A stretch of DNA of 39,675 nucleotides, from the NCBI GenBank assembly GCA_051942205.1, contig JAVECO010000201.1, positions 1-39,675 on the forward strand, written 5' to 3'. Under the pieces are notes generated by a model that saw only the letters and a program-made list of their open reading frames with translations, had not been told where the DNA came from and made no database searches. A program made the translations under genes and the position numbers. The stretch is from Coniocarpon cinnabarinum (lineage: Eukaryota). Below are positions 10,496 to 21,097 of the stretch, piece after piece. How positions within the stretch are numbered: position 1 is the stretch's first letter; each line of letters starts with the position of its first letter.

Positions 10496-13400
10496 TTATT
10501 TGTCGTCTTCACCATCCCTTGTACTTGCGACAATGGGACTCAACAAATCTTCTCCCACGTCAAGACTTCGCAGGTAGTCCGCAATCCCCCGTTGGTGCTT
10601 CCGCAGGGCTACGGACAACGGCGTCTCAGAGTTGCGATTCCGTTTCTCACGATTTGCACCCTTGTGAATGAGCAATTCGACAGTATCAGAATGTCCATGG
10701 CTTGACGCAAAATGAAGGGGTGTCCATTGCCAGTGATTGGATTCATCGATGTTCGCCCCAAATTCTAGGAGCACACGAACGACTTCGACATGACCGCTGC
10801 TGGCAGCTTCGTGGATCGGCGCATTAAGCGAGATCATGCGTCGAGCGCTAACGTCCGCACCTGCTTGTAGGATCTCCCGTGCATTGTTGGCGACACCCCA
10901 ATATGCCGCTTGCTGCAGCGTTGTCGTATGCTTTCTCCTGATTTCGTCGCTTTGAGCCCTGCACCAAACTTCACGCTCATGTGCTGACAAAGTTGAAGCG
11001 ACGTGACGCTCCGACGACTTTCCATTTGGGGCTGGACTTCCCCTCTCCAGAACTTTGAGCATAGTGTCAAGGCTAGCACCGTATGCTGCAGCGTCGAAAA
11101 CGCTACCTAGCCTTCCTCCCCGTTGATCTATGTCAGCACCCTTATCGAGCAGAAAATCAATCGCTGCCGTTTGGCCATTCAGTGCTGCTGCATGCAGTGC
11201 AGTGCCAAGGTCTTGGGAAGCACGGTCGATGTTGGCCCCGTGGTCAAGAAGGAGCTCCAGGGTCGTCAGTCGTCCATTCCAGGCGGCATTTTGAAGCGGC
11301 GTCATGAATTCGAAGCAGACCTCGCGATCATGTATCGCTTCAAAATTAGCCACCTTACTGCCCCCGCACGATCGAAGGAGAAGGCTCAAGACTTCATCAT
11401 TACCTAACCACGCGGCGCAATGGACTGGTGTCCCATCTCTTGAGCTGGAACAGAACAAATCAGCACCGGCCCACAACAGCTCTTGGACCACAGGAAAGGG
11501 GTTCCTAGCTCTAAGAATGGCATGATGGAGGGCAGTCCGGCCTTCTCGATTGACGTGATTGATGTTGGAGCCATGACGTGCGAGGGTTCTAAGCGCAGCG
11601 ATCGATGTGTCGTTACGAGCCGCGATGATGATCGGATTGGTGAGACCCGCAGTAATCTCGTTGGGATCCTCGCCTTGCTTGAGCAGCCGTTCCAGCACCG
11701 TGGCCAAATTCCATATGGCACAATAAGAGACAGGTCTTTACGTTGACGTCAGCTACAATTCTCCGAGGCCGGAACATCCCTCGATCCAGGACTCACCCCC
11801 AAACCTCATCTTTTCCTCGGGCTGACTTGGAGCCAAACTCCCACTTCAGTCCTCGCGCCGGAATACCCGGCTGACAGAGACGGTGCCAATTGACGTACGG
11901 GTCAGTGTATCCTCCAAGTAGCGTTACTGCCATGTCAGTTAGTGGAGACAGATCACCGCCAGTTGCCCTTTGGTAGTGGTCCTGCCAGTGTTCAGCTGCA
12001 TATCTTAAGAACGGGAGTTGGTCCAGCAGGCGTTGATTACAATGATCATAGCTGTCGAGTGACAAGAGGGCCGCGAGACAAAGCTCAGCCATGTCATAAT
12101 GGGCATTTTGTTTTCTCAGACTGAGCTGTCGTAAATTTGCGTTGTCATGCGCTTCGAGTTCCGGCGATAGTAAGTAGTCGTAGACTGATTGGTGCGACAG
12201 AACTATGCGATCAGAACTGACTGACCTTGGCCGGGACCTACTCTCGTTATTGCTGGCAATCAGAGAACCACATGACTTTTGCAGATTCTCGATGAAGCGA
12301 ATTGTACCTGCTGTGGTCGTTGGCGGCTTGATTCTTGGCTGAGCGATCTTTCGCTTAGCTTGTGGGAAGATGTGAACAAGATTGAATGTCTCTAGGACAG
12401 ACAGTGGTCTAACACTGACAGAGCTTGCAGCAAGCATCTTTCGCGTTTTACACCAATCAGATGTGTTGATCAGCGTCTGATCGTACAGTTGAAAAAGGCT
12501 TGAAGGAAGATTATCGATTGACAGAAGCAATTCCTCTGTAGGCAATTCAAGAAGCTGACCTGTGGTGACCGTGATCAGCACGAGCTTTGCTACACAGCGC
12601 CTCGGTAGACTGCATTTACAGACATCGGATGTATTGGTCAGGCGCTGATCAGATGCTAGTTCGTGCAGCCGGGATCGCAGACGACTTACCGGTCAGCTTT
12701 TCGAGCTGGAATTCTGCTAAACGAAACCTGCAGTATCTGATCAGTCCAGCAACAGAAGTTCATTGACGTGTACTTACATCCCACACGCTTTTGCTGCTAG
12801 CTTCTGTATTACCTGCTCAAAATCTACGTCTAATAGCTCTGCATCGGGGTGTGAGACTATGGTACGACGGATGTAGTGAGAAATGTCTTTCGTCACCGAA
12901 GACTCTTCCGCAACAACGATTGTTGGCATCAATGGCAATACCTGTTCCGAGATTGTAGCCTCACTTCGGCTTGATAACATGACGTGCACATTGGGCAATT
13001 TACTGAGACCCGGTAAGACTCGATGGACGTTTTCGAGATCGACGCATTCGTCTAAGGCATCTATCAAGATATAAACCTGGTCGAAAGTTGGTAATACGGA
13101 TGTCAATGTCTGCAGGAGTTCGTCGCACTCGGCAGGACGACTTACACTGCAACGATCACATAAATCAGTGACCGACTGCAAGCATGTGCCGCCCAGGGGA
13201 ATGAGCTGGTACAGGAGAGAACGCAAGAGAAAAGCCACTTGCACCCTGCTCGCTCTGTCTTGGCGATCGAAGTACCAGAACAAGACAGGTGTCCGTGAAC
13301 GTATCGGTTGCTCGTCGATCAGCTTCTGGATAGCCTTGCTGATGAGCACCGTCTGGAATATGTTGTCAATCTTCAGCCCAGCTTTTGAGATGTGTTGAAC

Positions 13401-14361
13401 GCACCTTGCCACTGCCTGAAATACCTTGAAGCCAAAGCAAACGTATTTCCCGTCCCAAGGAGCGCAGCTCTGGTGAATCGAGGAGCCACGAGCCTGTAAC
13501 GCTTCCTTCTTGGTCGTACTTCCTGGAGACTTCGAAGAGTTTGTTGAGCGGGTCTAGGTTAAAACCGCCCGTTAGCCACTTTACAGTCTGCTGAGAGCGC
13601 AGGCTAGTCATTGCGCGACCCATTGCAGACAGCTTCTCGGAGAGCGACACTTGCATATCTACCGTGACGGCAAGCATAGTCGAGTTCAATATCTCACGAG
13701 ACTTCCGAACGCCTTCTAGCTTGCTCATAAACTTGGATTTGTGTGCGAGCCACCACAGCCTTTCAGTTTTCGAAATGGAAGTGCTCATGTCAGCAGTGGC
13801 TTTAGCAGGCTTCTTCGATCGCATGAAGTTCAACGACTTGGCAGTGCTACGCGGTGCATTCTCTGAATAAGGAGGGCTGGGGTCGCATTGCTCCAACATC
13901 TCATTGACCAAAGTCTGACAGTGCTGCAGAGGATCGTCAAGCGCTTTCGCAAGATTGTTCGCACGCGCGTTCTTCTGACTCGTCGGTGGTCGACACCCAC
14001 ACGAGGTTGAAGTCTGGCGGCCACACAGCAAATTAGAATCCATCAGCACCATTTCACACGCACGATCAGACTCGTTTTACGAGTCACAGCGTGGAATGCA
14101 AGGACACACAACTCGCAGACATACCTGTCCTCCAACTTGGTCGTCTTGCTCTGCTTTATCCCCACCTTCGGCCTCATAGATATCAAGAGACTGAATGATT
14201 TGGAAGCAAACTCTTTGCAGCGTCATCAACTCATTCACGACCTCCCCTCTCTCCTTGCCCGCGCGCGCGTATGTTTTAGAGCTGTCAATGACAAAGTTGA
14301 TGACGGTGCTCGTCACTTTGACCAGTTCAACGACCGCTGCAGCCGCCCCGATTGCCTCCAT
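10496..14361 (-). CDS. Fungal NLR/STAND protein: HeLo-like/SesA-type N-terminal helical domain, NACHT, ankyrin repeats (~1153 aa); exons 14361-14125, 14013-13405, 13352-12778, 12727-12690, 12559-11797, 11735-10496
   Basis: N-terminus MEAIGAAAAVVELVKV...ERGEVVNEL..L...PLQHC...RLWW, typical of fungal STAND N-terminal domains. Also TGSWLL, Walker A LLWLQGISGSGK|T (split by an intron), FWYFD, Walker B VYILIDALDEC, LSSR, GM|FRLA, LPSSL..LY, HQSVYDYL and PFLRYAAEHW, followed by ~9-10 ankyrin repeats (GRTALH, GTPVH, TPLQ, GTALH, APIH, WTPLH, ETPL). Five GT-AG introns give 3462 nt in one open frame. Confidence 0.88.
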
Positions 14362-15164
14362 GGCAATGGCAGCTTCGATCGCTCGTCAGCGATTTGACTT
14401 CTGAAACTGTTGACAATGCTCATGACCATAGGAGACGAAGTGCACAAGAATCCTCGCGTCCAAAAAAGATTCTTGGCTGACCGTGACGGAGACAAGAGAA
14501 TAGGCAAGCGGGCCGCTGGGAGCCTTGGGACGACTTTGGGGCCGCACGCGGGTGCGAGGATAGCGTTCCAGCCCCCGGACCCGCCAGCTTGTCGACCAAT
14601 GGCATGAGCTTGACCTGGCCCCCAATATCTTCTAAATCGCCGAGCCCCACTGCCCCGTGGTGCCTGTTCACTCCTATACGTCAGGCTCATCTACCAGGGT
14701 TCGCAAAGGTTCCCGGATGGGGATATGTAGTTGAGCGCACGTCCTAGCCTCGGTTCATCACCAATGTCTAGGCAAAGCTCTCTTTGCTGCGTCTTCCCAT
14801 GCTCCATGCGGCCAGTGAATTCTTAGTTTGTTTCTTGAAAAGTTGACTTGCCTCGCTAGGTAGAAACTATTATCACATACGCCAAAAAGAATCAAAGAGT
14901 ACTACTCGGCTCAGGAGCAACTGGCGACACCACTTTCACGTTGAGAGGCAAGCCCATGCTCCCGCAAAGCGATGCAATATCAAGAACAGCGCTCACATTC
15001 TCTATGGCCCAGTGCCGGCTACGCTCGCATTCTCGCTCGGCTCTTTGGCGCAAGCTGCCAGTATGCCCACCTAAAGCCAGGACAGCTCCTACACCATCAA
15101 TTTCATCTCCCCTGCACTTCACACAACCTTCAGACTACGGCTTCGCTCTCAGCTAAAGGTGCCG

Positions 15165-15479
15165 CTAGTTGCGTCGCTCCTCAGCATGGTAGTCGCAACG
15201 TCCCAACGCACAAGAGAAGTACACCCTCCCGTTGTTACCTTGCTCACGCCGACTCAATTGAATGTTCTCACAATCGCAAGCCGGATTGTCGAGATGAATC
15301 CCGCGCATGTCTCCAAAACAGACGAAGTCATCGCAATGGTCGCAGCGATAGAAAAGACGTCGCGCATTCCCATTTGAGTTCCAAGGGTTCGCGGGGCGCG
15401 CAGTGCAAAGGTTGTTGCAACGGCGGCAGTGTGGTTGATACCCGTTCTGAAGTATCCAGTGAGGTGCTTGGGGATCCAT
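15165..15479 (-). CDS. Small protein (104 aa) with tandem GRF-like zinc-ribbon motifs
   Basis: PHCRRC...NSNGNARRLFYRCDHCDDFVCFGD.RG....NPACDC...SRR....GRVYFSCALGRCDY: two Cys clusters with 'N.GR.FY.C'-like cores, as in GRF zinc fingers. ATG start, single exon. Confidence 0.75.
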   Translation of the reverse strand: MDPQAPHWILQNGYQPHCRRCNNLCTARPANPWNSNGNARRLFYRCDHCDDFVCFGDMRGIHLDNPACDCENIQLSRREQGNNGRVYFSCALGRCDYHAEERRN

Positions 15480-17331
15480 TGCTTTAGAGTGTCAGTGCTG
15501 GCGTTTCATATATATGAGACGAAGGACGGTGACTTTACCTTTGCTACGAGTCTCAGACGCGGATGAAACCAATGGCTGGCTTGTGGACAGTGGTGCAGAT
15601 CCTCTTGTTGGTGCAATGGGATGCGCGAGCTGAGATTTCGGCTGCCTTGATCGTGTGTAACCTGAATCACAGTACACGACAAAAGGCGGTTTCCACTTGT
15701 TGATTGCAAAAGGCTTGAATGCAGGTAATCATCTGTGGATGGGGGGGCAAATCTTAAGTATGGGATCGCTGCAGAGGTGAACGCGACCAGCATGGGTGAA
15801 GGTGAAAGGGGTGGTAGCCATGTGCCCTTTGCGCCACCTAAGAATCCCTTGTCTCACATTGTGAGGCTTCGTGTGTAGTAGCAAGTTCACTTACGACTGA
15901 CCTGAGTAGTGCCATGACTTCGACTGCATGTGGCGTGAGGCCACGCTTTATCGTCGGGCTTTAGCTATCGTTGGTAAGCTCGAATCGCATGTTTCATCTA
16001 CTGCCGTTCCCGATCTGCGCGGAGAGCACAATCACTTTCAACTTTGACTGTAGCGTCTAAACTTGACCTAGATTATGATTATGTCCATGTTCTCATATGG
16101 CGGCCAGTGACAATCAACCTCTAAGGGCTAAGCACTCATCTAATTGAATTTTCATTCAATCACTAGCTTCGCTCTCAATCGTTAGAGCGCTGATATCTCG
16201 CTCTCGTGACTGAGTCCGTGACATGGATGCTCTGAGCGCTGATAGATGTCCATGAACATCTGAGGACCCGCTTCTATGTCGTTCCCAAACCTGAGCCAAG
16301 TCGGTTGGTCCGTTCAGTAAAATAAACACAGAGCGCTGCGGTGCTCGGAACGGGACCAAAGTCGGCTCTGGTGCAGCGTCAAAGATCGCGCCACGCTCAC
16401 AAACGCGGCCACTTGCTTGCAAGCTGTTTCCACTCTCGCTCCTTCTGGTGGAATACCGCGGCTTTGCCCTCCATGGCTTGAAAGGGACCCTTTTTTGAAC
16501 CAAATCAACAAAAGACCGTCTAATTCCTGTGTCTCAAATTCCCACCACGAAGGAAATACAAAGCTCTTGATGACTAAAGCAGACCAGTTCTATCTTTTGC
16601 CCACATAGCTTCTAGCTAATACATTAGTGCATTGGTTCCCGTCAAGCCGTGCAGACTTCCGTCGCGTACACGAAGTATTCTCCCTCAACGCGTTAATAAA
16701 GCAATCTCTGATGGGAAAACCCCACTGGTGCCGGGGGAGAACACAGCCAGTCATTGTATAATGCAAGATATCAATGTACAATTGATGCGAGCTGAAGCCC
16801 TGCCGTTGGGAGGCAAAGAAAATAATTCATTCCAGAACGCACCTGAACGCGATGTTGATGCGGCTGTCTGGAGGCTACGAGCCAAGCCGCGGGAATGTTT
16901 TGTCAGGCTGCTGAATTTGAGACTATCGTGGACTTGGGCATTCAGTGATACTACATTCCTTAGCTGATTATCTGGTTTGCGGAAACTGTTGACCAAAAGG
17001 GCGTGGAATGACATTGAGCTAGGCGATGGAACCCTTGACAGAGGTAGGCGAATCTACTTTGAATTGGGGAGAAACCTGAAAGAGGGATATTGGAGCGTTG
17101 CGTGATGGCAGTGGTGTAACAGATCCAGGACGTATGGATGTGCTCACACATTTGATAAAATGCAGAACAAGAATAAAGGAGAAGATTGGATCGGAGTGGC
17201 GTCTAATTTGACAAGAAGAAGCGCGCGTCGTTTTTTTCAAGTCTGCTGTTTGCTCCTTACGCCTTCTCATCTGACGTAGGACTGCAACATCACCTCAGCC
17301 ATGCGTAGCCCACCTCCACTCATCAGGAGAA

Positions 17332-17845
17332 TCAAAACCACACCTGTTTGACATGCGTAAGAGGCTCATCACCAGTACCACCATCCTTCCCCTCAATCCC
17401 CAGCTCCCGTTTACGCGCGTCAAGTCGCCTCCACTCATCCATCAAATTCCGTCCCTGCTTCTCCAGTACGTCAGCATCCTCTGCCTCGTGAACGTAGACG
17501 GGCTTGCACTCTTCGAGCGCAACAGCTGCCTGCATGAGATAAAAGGCGGTTGTTTTGATGTTCTGCTTTGGGTCGTTCCCTTGATCTGCGTCGCTCAGAG
17601 CGAGGTTGGCTTTGAATTTGTAAAAAGGTGGGAGGTTTTCTTTCTTGAGGAAGGATTTCAAAGCGGTGGAGACACCGCCTGGGCCGTCGTTACTTTCACA
17701 TGCCTGTCAACAAGTCAATGAGATATCTGCATTGGCGGCGTGAGAATCACCAAGCGCTTACCACTTGAAAAGCGAACTCGTAGCGATCCACGTCATCACC
17801 AATCTTTGGGCTCGTAGACTCTCCTTCTTTCTGATTTGTAGACAT
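17332..17845 (-). CDS. Hypothetical protein (~151 aa, charged/helical); exons 17845-17762 and 17703-17332
   Basis: MSTNQKEGES...YEFAFQV|ACESNDGPGGVSTALKSFL... joined in frame by a 58-nt GTAAGC..TTGAC..CAG intron (17704-17761). Composition is protein-like; no family recognised. Confidence 0.65.
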
Positions 17846-18917
17846 ATCTGGGGAATTGGTTTCGGTAATGTCGACGGGTGTAGTTGTGAGGAGCACGAAT
17901 GGTGTGGTCAGGATAGCAGATCTGCTGTTTCTGTGAGACACGAAGCTGTTAGATTTGGAAAATACTGTGCGTTGGTGTGGTCTCATGAACTTAAACGCAG
18001 ATAATATCACCTGCACCTCCCTTTTGAGATTAGTGTGACATTTCAAGAAGATTGCAAAGAAGACATCTGAATACGAGATGACGTCGTCAACAGCTTCCTG
18101 ATAGAGCAATAGATCGAGTAATCCTTCAGGTGAATACGTGATGATGATTGGCAGTGAGTGAAATTAGCTGAAGACCCACACTTCGTCAACACAGCAGATC
18201 ACAGCACCGTTTTCTCAAGGACTGATAAGCAGTACGCCGACACACGACGCGCCAGCGAGTGAGCCACATAATCACCTTCCAGTGCTACGCCTCTCACCTA
18301 GCAGCAGGCTCTGCCACAGGCGGTCAAACACATCCTGTGAACGCAGTCTCGCGATGATGCGCCGATATTATCTTCCCATCTTAAGAATGTAGTGACTCTG
18401 CTCAACACCCCGTTACCTAGCAGCAGCGCTTCTGGATAGCAAGTGCATACGTCAAGGAAATGGTGCGATCTCTTTGAGAGAGAGTAGAAAACCTCAAGTT
18501 GCATGACTGATGCATTGTACTAGTGGGGTCTCAGGACGGTGATACTCTTCGGGTAGTCTGTATGCAGGCTTCACAGAGATCATTAACGTCAGTCAAGGTT
18601 GGAAGGTTGAGTCACCCGTGCTGCCAGAATTTGTGTCGAGTAGGGTGTACTTTCCTGGTTGTTTGGCGATTAGCCAGTCCGCATGATCGCGCGTGCCCTA
18701 CCAAAGCTCGCAGTAACAACAAGCCACATTTGATGAAGCTTGTCGCAAGGCGCAAAACGAAGAGGTTTATAAACGAGTCAGATATACGTCAAGGAAGAGT
18801 TGCTTTCAGCCACGGGCAACTGTTTCACCGTTGTGTTCTCGTCTGAAACACACCATCACCCATCAAAAGAGCATCAAAGTTGCTAATGTCTCCAAGACTG
18901 GTATCTTTTAGGGAATC

Positions 18918-19957
18918 TCACAAGCCCAGCGGCGCCAGAGACAAGCCCAAGCCAACCATTGATACTTTGCATATTACTCCTAGCACTTGAATGCCCACAA
19001 CGACCTAATTTCAATCAGTCAGCTCATGTCTCGGTAATCTTCATGCCGTAATATGGCTCCAAAGAGATATGGCGCATGTGCTCGAAGTCAATGGGCGCCG
19101 GTCTGACTTTGACTGGTATCAACTTACCATCTCGATTTTGTAGTCTGGTTTCATAACAAGCGTAACTGCATTCGGGTTCGTCGCACTGCCGTCACCATTC
19201 CCACTCCCATTATTTTGTTCATTGCCTTGGCCCTCATTACCTTCATCCTTGTTCTTGTTGCGATTTAAGAAGCGTCCTCGCTTGCCGTCACCGGACTTGG
19301 TGTGCTGAGCATCGCCATCCCGCCAATGCACCGCGTATCCACCCTCGTGCTTTTCAACCGTCGGAGCATCAGAATTAGGACAAGGGACCAACTTGAGAGG
19401 TCCCTCATCTTTCTTGATGTTCCACACGTCTGTGTGATTCCCGTTTTCGATGCGTGTGACTTTTCCTGTCTTCTTAAAATGCACGATGAACTTCCGTGGC
19501 TGTTGGTCAGCAGGAGGCCCACTAACAGAGTCCGCGCCACTGGAATTTGCGCTCTGGGAATTTGGTGGCGAGGGCGTGGAGTCTGTTAGCAGCAAGGTGA
19601 GTGTTAGTCACCTCGTTGGGAAGTAACGAGTTGTTCGAAGCAGTCGAGGGTCCCAGAATCGATGTACTCACAGTGAAGGTATCTATCATGCCGGCCCGTG
19701 AAGAACCGTTCCCATGCGTCACTGAAACTCGCGTGACCATCTTCATGGTGCCGCAGTGTAGTCGCTATTTGCGGCTGATCAGAGACGCGCGATGTCATTT
19801 GCTTGTCGCTTCGACCTGACTTGTGATGTCTGTTCGGCAGCTGAACATGAACGTGAACGCTACGCATCGTCGCGCTGGAACCTGTACTCTCATGCTGAGA
19901 AGCTTCTGTGGTCGTCGTTGCGGCTATGGTTTCGTCGTGGGGATGTTGCGTCGCCAT
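18918..19957 (-). CDS. Hypothetical protein (~275 aa) with an N/G-rich low-complexity segment and a possible hydrophobic C-terminal tail; exons 19957-19672, 19582-19128, 19004-18918
   Basis: A GTGAGT..CTAAC..CAG intron (19583-19671) joins MATQHPH...DRYLH to Y-STPSPPNS... in frame. A GTAAGT donor after KIEM and a CTGAC..TTAG acceptor at 19005 give VVVGIQVLGVICKVSMVGLGLSLAPLGL*. The last exon is less certain. Confidence 0.6.
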
Positions 19958-21097
19958 GTCGCTTCTACGTGCTTTAGGACTCCGACAAAGTTTTGGCACG
20001 CTCACCAAGATATCAAGCGCAGTATGAAATGACAGAGGTCCGGTACTCGACCTATTAGCAGCAAACCGTCCACAATGCGACATGGGGCAGCATTTTCTTT
20101 TTCTCTTTGTAGCACAGCACTTCAAGCGCGCCGTCCCATAGATACCGTAAACCGTGGCGACTCCCTTGCCAAGTGCATCCATACCGCCATAGCCGAGTTC
20201 CGTCAGGCTACGAGGCCACGATAGGGGCCAGCAATGCCTTGTCTACAAACAAGACAAAGGGCATGAAGGGCCGCTGCGAGCTCTGCATGCCTCAACTTCA
20301 GTTGCAGAGGGAAAACTTTGGCAATCCCGCCATAGCCGGGGTTCCGCGAGGGCAGGAATGAGAGGCAGGAAAATGAGAGGAAAGCCTTACGTGCGCGCTC
20401 ACGAAAGAGACGACGAGCCGTCGCTATCCCGTCACGCTTCGTGTCATTATTCGAATCGAAACCTGTGCGGCGCGATAGAATTTTGAAGGAAAGTTGTTTC
20501 AGACTGAAAGTAGACGTGCCGCATATCCATGGCCAAGACTACACATACTGTATTTGGTAGTGCTGAAGCAATACATTCTCCCAGGAAGAAAACCAGGTCA
20601 GAAGAACGAAGATGGCGCGTAAACGCGCTCAAGAATCTACAGCGCGGGTGCTTCCATCCAACACAGGCACGATGCTCAAGATGCGATGTTATTATCATTA
20701 GGTCAGGTCAGAACCGACGAGGATCAGGAAACTTGAGAGGTCCATGATGACTCAGAGCTGCACGAAAACAGTTTTGGTCAAGATGTGGAATGCCGAGGCA
20801 TAGACTTGGGGTGAAAGTGGTCTTTGGGCGTAGAACTCATTAGTTCCGTGATAATACGTCAGTACTTCTTCCAAGGAATTTGATTTGAGTATAGTCCCAC
20901 ATCATGAGTGGACTCAACGCCAAAGATGCCGTATACTTGTCTATTCAAGGCGAACCCTGCACATTGCCCTCCAAACGCCACGCATATACAGCCCAGCTAG
21001 AGCTGTGTGTGTCCTGATGTATCACGTAAAGACACTTGCTCGTTCCAACTCTTGCGTGGATCTCCTCGATCAATCATCTCCCTACGTACATAAAACA

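Noticed and set aside
16632..17270. Short ORFs, including a DGKTPL ankyrin-like word and an MCEHIHTSWIC start
   Set aside because: No continuing ankyrin consensus and no consistent exon structure; cannot support a gene.
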